Of a DNA stretch of 64,000 nt, positions 15,457 to 28,633 are shown in pieces. Source of the stretch: Octopus vulgaris (Eukaryota); contig OX597828.1 of NCBI GenBank assembly GCA_951406725.2, positions 6,200,001 through 6,264,000 on the forward strand, given 5' to 3'. The notes beneath the pieces were generated by a model. It worked only from the letters and a program-made list of their open reading frames with translations. It was not told where the DNA came from and ran no database searches. The first letter of the stretch is position 1. Each line of letters begins with the position of its first letter. Position numbers and translations under genes: made by a program.

Positions 15457-16484
15457 GATAACACCGGGGACGTTTAACACATGAGACCTATAAAACACTG
15501 CCGCGAAAGCTATCCAAAGCTATTGGGAATAAATACATCATGTGGAGCCAAAAATAACTGTGTGTTGGACTATAGCCGAGTAAGTATTAGTCATCGAAAT
15601 TTATTACAATTTTCTAAATGAAATAATGTATTTTAACTAGATATCATCTCCATTGCTCGCACAGCACATGTAAGTACGTTCTACACATTATAATCCAATC
15701 TACACCAGACCATCTCCGTCCCCAAACACCATGCACAAAAATTTTTTTAAATAAATTAAATAAGACCTGTATTATTCAACACAAGAATAACAATCGCGAA
15801 GTACGTACTTTAAACTTGTTGCACAAAAACTACGAAAAACTATACGTGCAAAACAATGTAACACCCGAAATAAACGGACCGTTATCCAACGAAAATGATG
15901 ACCGTCAAAATAAAGAGCCGGGCGTTATTCCTCATTCCCTGCATGGACCCTAATAAACTAGCTAACATACGAAAATATATTCTTAAAAAAATCCATATAA
16001 GAAATAGAAATACAACACTTAAAAGGAAAAATACATCAGGAAAATATAGACAATAACCACACAGCAATGCCAAATAATATCATAAGCACTGGGACTGTAA
16101 AATGCGAAGACAGACATAACTTTTCCACCAGAAGATAAGTAAAGAACTAAAGACAACAAACCCAGACCGTAGGAATGTTTAATGAACAAAACGCACCAAA
16201 CCAGAACACCACAGCCAAAGTATGAGCGGGACAGAATACGAAACATGTCTAAAGCCTGGAAACTGTGAAGGTGACATTAATGATTATGATTCTATAAAAA
16301 TTAGCATAATCAAAGAAATGAGAGCCACAGATCTTAGTATGGACCACCGATTGGACCTCCCAAAAATTAAAATTAATAATAAAACAACATCAGTAATAAG
16401 TAGCATGAACCTAGCCGTCACAGAACTAATAGCCACGTAAAGATTCCAAAGAAATGTGCCTTATCGTTTTGTCCGACGCGCTAA
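15457..16484 (+). pseudogene. Degenerate RLE LINE pieces (3' end then N-terminal ORF remnant)
   Basis: IARTAH-like 3' motif near 15650; DPNKLANIRKYILKK near 15945 resembles the N-terminus of R4-type ORFs; bounded by AAT/AAG arrays. Confidence 0.4.
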
Positions 16485-16539
<55 letters not shown>

Positions 16540-16542
<3 letters not shown>

Positions 16543-18162
16543 CCTCCTTATCTTTGTACTGTGCTTGATACCACTAACACTGATTCTGAGGAAAGCAAAA
16601 GCTGGATATGTATTACAAAGCCGCCAACTAAAAGTCGGCCATTTGTTATTCATGGATGACCTCAAACTTTATGATAAAGATGAATTCCAAGTCAGTTCTT
16701 TCGTTGATACGGTGTATACTTTGAATGCTGATATCAGATATCGAACTGATAAAGTGTGGTTTGTTAGTCTTGAAGAGAGGCAAAATCAAATGTATGGACG
16801 GACTAACGTTACCGTCCGGGGAGGTTAAAAGCAGATAGAAGAGACGGGTTATATATACTTGGAGATTTTGGAAATGGATAAATTGATGGAGAAAGAAATG
16901 ACAGAAAAATTTGAGATGGGGTACTTGCACAGATTGAGACTGATTTTTAAGTCGAAATTAATCGGGCGGAATAAGATTGAAGCTATCAATACCTAGGCGG
17001 TTTCACTCCATAGATATGGAGCAGGGATAATCTCATGGACAGTAGATGCACTAAATAGCTTCGACAGAAAGACAAGGAAGTTGCTAACTAGATATGGGTC
17101 ATTCCACCCAGAAAGTGACACAGGCAGATGGTATGTACCAAGAGAAATAGCGGGAAGAGGACTTATTGGATCGAACACAGCATTGGAGCAAAAGAAAACA
17201 ACACAGCATGGTATGTAAAAAAATTCAACAGTAATTCTATTTTTAGAAGTAAGAAAGTCTGGCTTGTGTAGGATGAAAGATTGCAAAAATAGAACGCTAT
17301 ACAAGTAAATTGAAATCGAATGAAACTGAAAATTGGTAGGTAAAGAAAATAACGCATGGCCAATTTCTTACCTTCATATGTTGAAGATAAGACAGAGAAA
17401 AAAATGGCTGTGGATGACTGAAAGTGATTTAAAACCGGAAACGGCAGCTCTGATCTGTGCTGCTTAAGAGCAGGCACTAAGAACAAATTACATAAAATAC
17501 AGAATAGACAGCACATCGGAAAGTGGTAAGTGCAGAATTTGTGGACAAAATTTTGAAACCCTATGGCATATTACTATTCAATGTGCGCCTCTAGCCCAGA
17601 AGGAATATAAGAGATGCCACGACAATATTGCATAACTTGTCCATTTGACACTTTGTAACAAGTATGGAGTTGACAGAGAAAAAAATTGGTACGGCCATAA
17701 CCCAAAGGCATCATCGAAAATGTAAATACAAAGATCTTGTGGGATTTTATGATTCAGTACGACCATGAGGTAGAGAATAGGAAGCCAGACAGAGTGTTAA
17801 TTGAGAAAGAAAGGAAGCTATGCTGGATCCTAGATATAGCATGTCCAGCAAACAGCAAGGTATGCGATAATTAAGAAATAAAGTGGATAGGTATGACAGG
17901 TTAGATTGGAAAGTTAAGCAGCTGTGATCTATGAAAAAGGTAGTAGCTGTCGGAACCCTGGGAACAGTGAGTAAAAATCTTGAGAATTACATGGAACAAA
18001 TAAGGGCTGCAATAAGTGGAGCACTTGCAGAAAACAACAATGTTTGGAACCGTTCGAATACTCCGGGCGGTGCTCGAAAAATAGGAAGTGTTACTTTAGT
18101 TCACTGGTAGTGAATAGCTGACACAGTAGTACATCTCCAGCGTTAGAAGCTGTGCAAAGGCG
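16540..18162 (+). mobile_element. R4/Dong-like RLE LINE, RT core to 3' end, degenerate
   Basis: IPLTLILRK...HLLFMDDLKLY (RT), YIYLGILE, NKIEAINT, FHPESDTGRWYVPR..GRGL, LKPETAALICAA.EQALRTNYIK, CRICGQ, RKPD; starts directly after (AAT)n. Confidence 0.85.
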
Positions 18163-18195
18163 ATAATAATAAAGATGATGATGATGATGGTGATC

Positions 18196-18233
<38 letters not shown>

Positions 18234-18240
18234 AGTGATA

Positions 18241-18761
18241 ATTTCATTTATTTCTTTGCCAGAAGAGTGACGGATGTGGGGAACAATACAAAGACAGACA
18301 TAAAGTGTGGGGATTTACATATAATGAAATGATTTTAAAAATGCTAAGTATTTACGGTATCTACTGAAGAAGAAAGGATATACATAGTATACAAAGGTTA
18401 AAAAAAGGTGGGGGGCATGATAGAGGAGGTCCTCTAAGGATAACTGAGGAACTCCACAGTCCGAAATTTCCCCGAACACCAAGAGCAAGTATCCTCTCCA
18501 TTTCCTTCTCTCCGACTTACAGATCTAAACTGAGAGAGGAGCCATCCATTCTTGCCATTTTCGCAACTTCCACCTTTCAATAAACTCACTCGAGGCGTGC
18601 AATTCCGTCTCTACTCTCAATTTCCTTTCAAGTGAAACTTGAAGAAGGCAATGAGAGCTCTACCAAAGAGGAATGTATCTGTCCTATCGCCTTTCAGTCT
18701 TGTCCACCAAACAACCTCTTTCGTCACAGCCATTAGGCAAAGGAAAACTGCCTTGCCTAAC
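18241..18761 (-). mobile_element. Tx1-like LINE 3' fragment
   Basis: Minus strand encodes GKAVFLCLMAVTKEVVWWTRLKG..TFLFGRALIAFFKFHLK, homologous to the ORF2 C-terminus at 40220-40450; tail TGTCTGTCTTTGTATTGTTCCCC...TGGCAAAGAAATAAATGAAAT runs into (ATC)n. Confidence 0.8.
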
Positions 18762-18974
18762 AAACCCTTCTATGAGCACATAGTATGAAATTTTCGGGGA
18801 GGTTTTTAGTCGATTGGATCAACTCCAGTGCACCATAATGTCTTCTTTTTATTGACCCCGTCAGAATAAAAAGGCAAAATTGACCTCAGTTGCATTTGAA
18901 GTCAGAACATAAAGAACCGGAAGGAATGCCGCTAATCATTTCATCCGGCGTGCAAACGATTATACTAGCTAGCC

Positions 18975-18977
<3 letters not shown>
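18762..18977 (-). mobile_element. SINE family A (ordinary tail)
   Basis: TTTTATTGACCCCG...AGGCAAAATTGACCTC..ATTTGAAGTCAGAAC...CCGGCGTGCAAACGATT. Confidence 0.75.
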
Positions 18978-19049
<72 letters not shown>

Positions 19050-19934
19050 TGTTGACCAGAAGCAAACCAATCAGTGGCTACGGAGCTCAGGGCTAAAAGC
19101 AGAGAGCGAAGGTTTCATCCTGGCTGCTCAAGATCAAAGCCTATTAACCCGGAACTACCAGGCCAATGTGATGAAAAATGGAGCAGACCCAAAATGCCGA
19201 TTCTGCAACGACATGATTGAAACAGTGGACCACCTAATCTCTGGATGTAAAGTCTTAGCACCAGTAGAGTATATATTAAGACATGACAGAGTTGGCCAAT
19301 ATCTACACTGGCTAATAAGTCGGCATTACAATATCAAAACTACCGACAAGTGGTATAATCACCACCCTGAGGCTGTAACTGAAGGAGAAAATGTAACCAT
19401 TCTGTGGGACTTTCCAGTACATACAGACCGAACCATCAAGGCCAATAAACCAGATATTGTTGTGAAAGACCAAAACAATAAAGTTTGCTTATTGATCGAC
19501 ATGAGCATCCCCTGTGATCATAATATCTCAGCGAAAGAGTTTGACAAGCTCAGAAAATATAAAGACCTACTCATTGAAATTGAGAAAATGTGGCATCTCA
19601 AGGCGGTTACAATACCAGTGATCGTAGGAGCACTAGGAATGATCAAGAAGGGAACCGAAAATTATATGAGAATGATCCCTGGCTTACCATCCCTGCAAGA
19701 AGTGCAAAAGATTGTCTTAACTGGAACATCACACGTATTGAGAAGAGCATTGTCGATGTGAGAACTGTTGCTGCTCATGTATTTTAATTTAACTTAAAAA
19801 AAAAAGGTTTAAATGAACGAACTATTGAGTTTGGTTTAAGGGCCTACCAATGTATACTATGAGTTTCTTTGCCCTAGGAGTCGGGAAGACACTCGGCAAG
19901 AAATGGAAGCAAATTTGAAAGAAGAAAAAAAAAG
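19050..19934 (+). mobile_element. 5'-truncated R4/Dong-like RLE LINE in (TAA)n with an open C-terminal frame
   Basis: GLKAESEGFILAAQDQ then ORF 19168-19761 with CRFC..ETVDHLISGC, RHD, KPDIVV...LIDMSIP...K..KY, IPVIVGALG; (TAA)n on both flanks. Confidence 0.9.
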
Positions 19935-21502
19935 TAATAATAATAATAATAATAATAATAATATATTCTGTACATCATGGCCACCATTTAGTGGTGAAGC
20001 ATCGATGTATTGACTACAATCTGCTATGTTATTGAGAGCAAATGAAACTAATAATATAATAATGATTTGTATCATAACCACAAACGCACAAATGCCAGGA
20101 GTGGGTATAGACAATTATATCAATCGCAGTACCTGGCTGGTTTCATATAGCATCCATCTCACGAGAAGGAAATGCTAAATCTACAAAGCTGGAATTTGAA
20201 TTTAGAACAAGAGAAGGATAAGTAAACCTCTAGGGCATTTTTTAATGTTCAAAACTTTGCTTCTACACAGCATTACTCGCTACAGAACTATTGACAGACG
20301 ACTTCAGATATATATTGAAAAGCGCCTAGATGACTGTGCAACGTTCATAAATTATATATTTCAAATACATTAGTAGCATTAGTATTGCTCTGAAATTTAA
20401 ACATAATATAATAACAAACTCCATTCCCCTGGAGTTACATTATGTAACAGTTCATAAGATGTCGTAGATTATTCGATTAAGAAGCAGCTGGCGTTCAAGA
20501 AGGGCTTCACTGACTAAAGAACTAGATACATTATATACAGATTTACATTGTAATTACACGTGGATTATTTTGGATGGTTTCAGTATACCCACCATCAGTG
20601 TATCGATTATTTTTACTCAGCCAATATTATTATTACCGTTACTATAACAACAACTATCGATGCAACGCTTGGAGTCTTTTGTGATAGCCTTTGAGGCTGA
20701 TTATTGTTGACAATAAATGAACGCGCGTACGTATGTACTTACGTATATAAATGACCACGTATGCACATACATTTGCATCTTTATACATAGATATACACTC
20801 ACAAATGCGTGTGTCAGAGCATGTATGTATGAATACTAAATGTGTTCTAAGAGTACTTTATAGTATATCGGATGATAAAATGGAAACACAATGCAGTAAG
20901 CATTGTAATGTGTGCAACAGGTTTTGTGTAATATGTCGGTTCTCTTTTATGTCACCTAAAACATATTCAGTTTCGTAGATACTGCATAGTAAAATCAGTG
21001 AAGTAAAAAGTACAGCTGCCTTAACTTGAGTGCAATGAGAATCTTAGAATATATTCCGAGATATATTGATAGTGATTGTTCCCTGAGTCTGGTGATATAA
21101 CAAGCTTGCACGACTTGGTATGGAAATGAACATTATCGCATGGTGTCGAACAATATTGCTGAACATAAATACATTATTACGTTGCAATAACTCATTCGGT
21201 GCCGTCGAGTGGTTGATGTTCATATTGTTAAGCATATAGAAGATAGACACATATTGGAGTATTATAGAAAAGATTACAGTTATAGATCGAGAGGTGTAGG
21301 TGTGAAAGTGACGTTCAATTGCTGAACAACTGGTTAAGGAGACACTATTAGATACATCTTTCTCTGTATCTCGGGAAATATCAGTTTAGGTATATTGAAA
21401 AACTCGTCTCTTCCAGTCACATACACATATACACACATACACAAATATATACAGGCAACCATGTATAGCAAATGTATGCATGTGTGTGTATGTATATCTA
21501 TT

Positions 21503-21579
<77 letters not shown>

Positions 21580-21601
21580 TATACACATATATATACACAT
21601 G

Positions 21602-21645
<44 letters not shown>

Positions 21646-22157
21646 GCATACACGTGAGTGTGTATCTGTGTGTCTGTTTCTGTCTGTGTTTATATGCACT
21701 CACACAAGCAGTAATATATGGGTCTTGATTATCCTATGACGTGTACGTGTTTAAGTATATTGAGCTTTAAAAATTGGTTATTATTCCAGCAATAGTTATG
21801 CAAAATCATGATATATGCATGCACACACGCGCAGGCGCACACATATATATTGTACGTAGATAGATACAAGCATGTACATACAACCACTTATACAAGCAAT
21901 CATGCATAAAGATTTGTATATAAATGTAGTGAATATTTCACGCTCGTTACCCACTCTAAATATTATACATATGCTATCATTAGTGTATATATCTCTTTGT
22001 TATATGCATACACCTGTACAACTACCTTTATCTCCAGCTCTCCGGTATATATTTACACATATGTTATATACATACATATATACATACATGCATACATACA
22101 TACATACATACATACATACATAAATGCATGCATACATACTTACATACATGTGTACAC

Positions 22158-22966
22158 GAAGCGCAGACTCTCTTGGACACAGCACACTTTGAAGGCTATG
22201 CGTTTGCAATCTAGGAACAGGAGATTGCCACGAAGTACCTGGGGAACAAGAGATACAGTGACGATCTTCTAATCCGAAGGTGCAACCGCATGTAAAGGCT
22301 TTGACGTGTTTCTGTGGAAAACATCACAGGTGTCCTAAAATGCCGTCACGGTACTACCTCCCTATGCGGCGCAATGTTGTTGCTAAATCAATTTGCAATG
22401 TCATCCGCAAAAATGATTGTCTTGAAATAAAATTAGAAGATCCCTCTATTACGGAATACATTCATAAGCACCAACTCAAGGATTACTGGTGGAATATTCC
22501 ATTAAAAACTTCTGTCAAATGTTAACATAACAGGCCAGATATCATTGTTTGGGACAGGGGGGCAAAGATATGTACCATCATAGAAATCGTGCGGATATAA
22601 GTAGCTCTTTGAAAACAAAAGGAAAAGCGGATATCTGTGGACAACTGCTTCGAAACCTCCAACTACTAAATCCAGACTATGAATTCATATTCATGCCAAT
22701 AAAAATTGGAGCACTATATTTTGCTGGTAAATGCTTAGAAGATAATCAGGATAAACTGGGATTACAGAAAGAGAAATCGCCTGGCTAATTTGTACACTAC
22801 AAGTGCAATTTGTGAATGGAACCGTAAACATACTCAAGGCTTTTCTAAAATTCTATATGTGAATTTGTCTGTGTTAGCTACATCCCAAAGATGGAGCCGT
22901 GTATCTTTGTAGGAAATCGGCTCCATCACGAATGGAAGAGTTGTAATAATTGAAAAATAGAAGAGG
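22158..22966 (+). mobile_element. Degenerate RLE LINE 3' part, (CATA)n-associated lineage
   Basis: AHFEGYAFAI.EQEIATKYL, CPKMPSRYYLPMRRNVVAK, YWWNIP..T, RPDIIVWD, QLLRNLQLL; flanked by (CATA)n. Confidence 0.75.
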
Positions 22967-23099
22967 CATACTTGTATACATAAATACATACATGTGTGTG
23001 TATATGCATTCGTACACACATACATACATACATACATACATACATACATACATACATACATACATACATACATACATACATACATACATACATACATAC

Positions 23100-24877
23100 T
23101 TGTTAAGCAAGTCTGAAGGATATTTTACTGGTTCAAAACGAAACAGAAATACCAAAATTACACACTGTTTCTTTGTGGATGACTTTAAACTTTATGCAAA
23201 GAATATGCATGAGATGAAAAAGAGCCTTGACGTAGTTACAACATTCTCAAAGGATGTAGGATTGGAGTTCGGTGAGGATAAGTGTTGCTATATGGTTGTG
23301 AAAAGGAAAAAAAAACTATAGACTAGACTAGTAACATCTCCATTAATGATTTGACTATTTCCCCTTATCTGACGAGGAATGTTACAGGTATCTAGGGCTG
23401 GATGAAAATACATCTGACAATGGCACCCGTGACAAAACACGTGTCACAAAAGAATATCAGCCGAATAAAGAAAATTTGGACCTCAGAACTCCCCGCTTTC
23501 AATAAAACAGTGGCCCACAATGTGTTTGTAGTGCCAGTACTCATACCAACATTTGGGCTGCTTGATTGGACGCTTGATGAAATCCGAGCCATTGATGTGT
23601 AAACAAGAAAAATACTAACAAGCACATAATTTCCATATAAACAGTGAAGTAGACCGCTTATGCCTAAAACGAAAACAAGGAGGGGGAGGAATAACATCGA
23701 TCCAAAATGCATTTGAATGTCGCATCATATCCCTTCGGCAACATCTTTTAACCACCAAGTGTCGAAGGTCGTCATCCCTTGACCAAGTTTGCACACACGA
23801 GGCAGATAATATCATAAAACTTGCAAGGCAGCTGCTTGAGTAATACTCTTTGTCTGCTAACCTAGAATACATGGTCAAAGAAGTCACACAACTCTACCGC
23901 AACGTATCATCAGATGAAAGGATGAGCCTATATGAGCAGAAGAATATGCATGGATATGTTAGAAAGCTCCTTGATGATGGTAACTTCGATCATCAAAGCA
24001 GTTTATCGTAGACGAATAGCCGGATTATTACCTCCCACTTTGAAGGGTATGCGTTTGCAATCCAGGTAATATCAACCGAAGGAATATCAACCAAAGGGAT
24101 TGAGATGCAGGTAAAGCCGTTAAGTGTGACAACCGGTACAGACTTTGTGGAGTTCACACTGAATATATCACCCACAACATAAGCAGTTGTCCGAAAATAT
24201 CATCACGGTATTATCTACCTATGAGACATAACGTTGTAGCTAGGACAATGAAATCTGTCGAAAAGATAATCCGGAGGACAAACAAATAAGAACACACTCA
24301 TAATACCAGTGAAGACCTTATACCTGATATAATGATTTGGGATAGAGAAGATAAACTGCACAGTTGAGGAAATTAGCTGTCCAGCGGATGTTACCATAAA
24401 GCTGAAGATCAGTGAAAAAGAGAACATCTATGCTGAACTATTGAGAAATCTGCAGTTACTCAATCTATATTACAGGTTCAGTTCTATTCCTGTAAGTACT
24501 GGGGCCCTGCGATATATAACACGTTGCCTAAGTACCAATCTTGAGAAATTAGGCTCCTCAAAACCAGAGAGGAAAAAGCTAATTCAAAGACTACAGATCC
24601 AATCCATCACTAGAACTGTAAAAATCTCTAAAACTTCCTAGAAGTTTATCATTCTAATATATATGGTCATGTCTCGATATGTTACTATATGCATGAGAAT
24701 ACATACATAAAACATACAAATCTGCACATACATACGTACATACATACATACATACATACATACATACAAAAATACCTTGTTGTTGATGTTGAAATTTCAA
24801 TGAAGGAACCTTGGAACTTGGTAAGAAACCGGTTCTTTCTCTATTGGCAAGAAATCTTGAAATAAGTTGAATGATGA
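23100..24877 (+). mobile_element. RLE LINE (RT to 3' end), (CATA)n-associated lineage, degenerate
   Basis: THCFFVDDFKLY (RT), GLEFGEDKC, NKTVAHNVFVVPVL, SEVDRLCLKRKQGGGG, SHFEGYAFAIQ, YYLPMRHNVVA, ELLRNLQLL; starts after (CATA)n and ends GATGA-CATACATACAT. Confidence 0.85.
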
Positions 24878-25189
24878 CATACATACATATCCACACGTTC
24901 ACACACTTGTATGTAAGCATCTTTGTTTGCGTGTATGTATATATTTGTGTATGTATTTCTATATATATATGTGTACATTCAACTTGTATGAACGTCTGTG
25001 TATGTTATGCTCACATCGTTTTTGTGTTTTATTTCATCAAGGATTTCCACTTTCGATTTTTAATATCATTGATTTCATTACATTTAATTCATCTTGTCTC
25101 TTTTTGTCTTTGTTTTTTTTGTCTTCTCGCATTGCATTCATGTTGTTTGTTCTTTGTTTCTGCGTGCCTCTACCTGCATATCGTTATTA

Positions 25190-25410
25190 AAACGGCAAGT
25201 TGGCAGAAATGTTAACACGCCTGGCAAAATACATCAGCTGCATTACGTTCCTCTTTACGCTCTGAGTTGAAATTCCACAGAGTTCGGCTTTGTTTTTCAT
25301 CGCATGGGAGTCGATGAAATAAGTACCAGTCGTACAGTGTGTCGACGTAATCGATGTACCCCTTTCTCCGAAATTGCTGGCTTTGCACCACCATCAAATC
25401 TAGCAACTAT
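25190..25410 (+). mobile_element. SINE family A (ordinary tail)
   Basis: GGCAAGTTGGCAGAAATGTTAACACGCC...GAGTTGAAATTCC...GTCGATGAAATAAGTACCAG. Confidence 0.75.
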
Positions 25411-26307
25411 AAATAACATATGCACCCCCACTATATTCAAGAAGGTGAATACTTTTAGTTTCTTGACCTCTCACACTCTAACACAGGAGGTAACTGCCTT
25501 ATAACCATCTCAAAGATCAACCAGACTAGACTTAGTTTCGCCTATACGTCAGTGGCGACTGAGCGAACGGCTCGTGACCGGCTAATTATGTGTGCCAGCT
25601 TATATATATATATATATATTTACCATAAAAATTTATGGTTGATTTAGTGAAATGTTAATACGTATACTAGAAATTAATATAAACTGTCAGGCGCAACGTG
25701 ATACCATAAAGGAAAAAAAATCAATGGTCACTAGCGGTGACTAACGGTACAGAGGCACCTACGTTGCTAGAAATAAGAGTTGAAATACTTTTAATATTGT
25801 CAGAAGAGCACAAATATATACATGTCCTTACAGGGCAGGTAAACGTCATGTACATAGTATAGTCTCTGATTATGTGGTCCATTTAGGCATATTGGTTATA
25901 TCTGCAGTCCATAAATGGTGTGTTGGGTAGATGGGTGTTTTTGAATGATTGTAATATGTGCTAGGTAGTTGAACATCCCCGTTTAGTTGAGTGGATGTAT
26001 GAGAAGCTACATCTAATATGGTAAGTCCAATGATACGTGACTATATTTCTCCTTGGAACTGTTCAAAAAATGGAGCCAAATAGATACAGAAAACAATTCT
26101 AATAAATATGCTTAGAGAATTACATTTTGAAAGTGTTTATTACTATCAAGTAACTTTTTAGACCTAACACTTGCAAATATCACCTCTGTATAAAGTCAAA
26201 GAAAGACATCGCATACGCGAACACAGTGTAAATCCCGTACCGGTTATATGAGTGTGTGAGTGAATGTGTGTTTTGTGTTAGTGAGTGTGTGAGTGTGTGC
26301 ATGCATG

Positions 26308-26343
<36 letters not shown>

Positions 26344-26344
<1 letters not shown>

Positions 26345-26371
26345 GTGTGCATGTGTATGTATGTATGTGTG

Positions 26372-26417
<46 letters not shown>

Positions 26418-26445
26418 CACACATACATACATACACATGCACACA
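26344..26445. repeat. Palindrome centred on (TA)n
   Basis: TGTGTGCATGTGTATGTATGTATGTGTGTATG-(TA)n-CATACACACATACATACATACACATGCACACA. Confidence 0.8.
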
Positions 26446-27391
26446 AAGAGTATATGTATTTATGTATCTATGTATGTATGTACCTATGTATGTATGTATG
26501 TACGTAGGTACGTATGTATGTATGTATGTATGTATGTATATATGTATAAGACAGCCACCTGACTAACCACTATCCGGTTTGTAAGTGCAGAAATCCCTCG
26601 GGCAGTCCCTTTAAAATATGACGAAGACGATATTATATAGTGTAAGATTTGTAAAGAATTATCAGTCATCATTATGAATAGCCCGAGCATATAATATAGC
26701 TAAACTATACAAGCAGTTATCAATATTTATTAACAAAGACAATACAATTACTTTAACTTAATTCGTTGACAAATTAATCGAACAAGTTGAATAAGGTAAT
26801 CCGTTTCAATAACCGGATATGTAACTACAGGCTTTGCTCAACTGTTCATATTCTAATAAATATAAATAAGGATTCTACTCAGGGATATTTCATAGTTATT
26901 AGTATGTTAGTATATTCATTGATAGCTCATAATTTTTAGTATATTATGTCTCTTTCACGCCCCAAGTCTGCAGGTCTTTTGCTAGGCCTTGTCTTGATCA
27001 TGCAAGATCGTATCTCTATATAACCGAATCATTCTCAGAATATCGAAAGATAATGGTTTCCATTTCTAAAATATGAATATCCAAATATAAGCTGAGTTGT
27101 TCGCAACCAAGGTGCTAATCCGCACTTATGAACAGAGTAATCAACACGTACTAAAGTCATCCATTATAGAATGACGCAAAATAGCACCTGAGTGCTAGGG
27201 TGGATGAGAACTGACTCAGCTGGTCTAACATTGATATCACCGTTGATTCAGGACAGCACAAGTTGTTAAATTTCCAATAGAAACAGGGTGAATTATGGGG
27301 TGTGCATAATTCAAAGTTTTATCATTTGCAGTAAGGAAATACAGGCACGCATACCTAAGCCCCCCCCCCCCCCCTCACACACGCATGCACG

Positions 27392-27432
<41 letters not shown>

Positions 27433-27658
27433 GCGTGCACATTCTTCGCACTCACACCAACACTCACATATATGTATAAATATTCTGTGCAGAAACGAAA
27501 TTGGCATGACATAGAATGATTGTTCGGATCATTGTGACTCAATATATACACAAGAAAATATAGTACATTGACATACCGATTGATCTACACACACTCACGC
27601 ACGCACGCACACATGCACACACACATACACACGCACACAGATATACACACACATACAC

Positions 27659-27781
<123 letters not shown>

Positions 27782-27835
27782 CGTACACAAACATATATAT
27801 GTATATACATATGTATAAGTGTGAATGTATGTGTG

Positions 27836-27867
<32 letters not shown>

Positions 27868-28043
27868 AGACAGAATGAGAAAGAGTGAGTGAGTGAGAGA
27901 GAGAGAGAGTATACGAATGGGTTAGGTCGAGAAGAAGATTAATATGTAGATAAGTTCAACTAAAGTATCAGAGGTATTTCAGAATGAGTCTATCTGTGTG
28001 TGAGAGAGTGCGTATGAGCATTGTGTGCCTCTGTATGTATGCA

Positions 28044-28099
<56 letters not shown>

Positions 28100-28598
28100 T
28101 TTCTATATATATACACATATATATACACCCACATGTTAGCATATGTACGCACACATATACTTATATATAAGCATATACGTGCATACATAGACACGTATAT
28201 TCATATGACAGACACATACGTAAGTTCACTGATAATTTGTTCCGTTGATTTATTATTTGACTAATTAATTGTTCGACTTAAGTGTAGAGAATCGTCTACA
28301 CATTAAAATTATGGAAGATAATTCAAAGGTAGATTAATAAATAATGGATAGGAATTATCAATAAATAATATTTCACGGTATTTATATGTAATACAATAAA
28401 CAGCAATTCCCCAAAGATTTCCATCCACACCGATGGCTAAGCAAGTATTCTATGCATGGCGCAACAGGAACATTAGCTATTCCTATAGTCAAATGATGTT
28501 GAGTTATGTTGATGAGCATTACGATATTGACGCAAAGACAATTACAACTATACAGAAATATGTATATATGGATATTGAATTTTCTTCAGCCATATATG

Positions 28599-28633
<35 letters not shown>

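Noticed and set aside
24790-24842. TCAATGA...GAAACCGGT in the RLE 3' UTR as a hammerhead
   Set aside because: Core lacks G5 and stems I and II are unconvincing.
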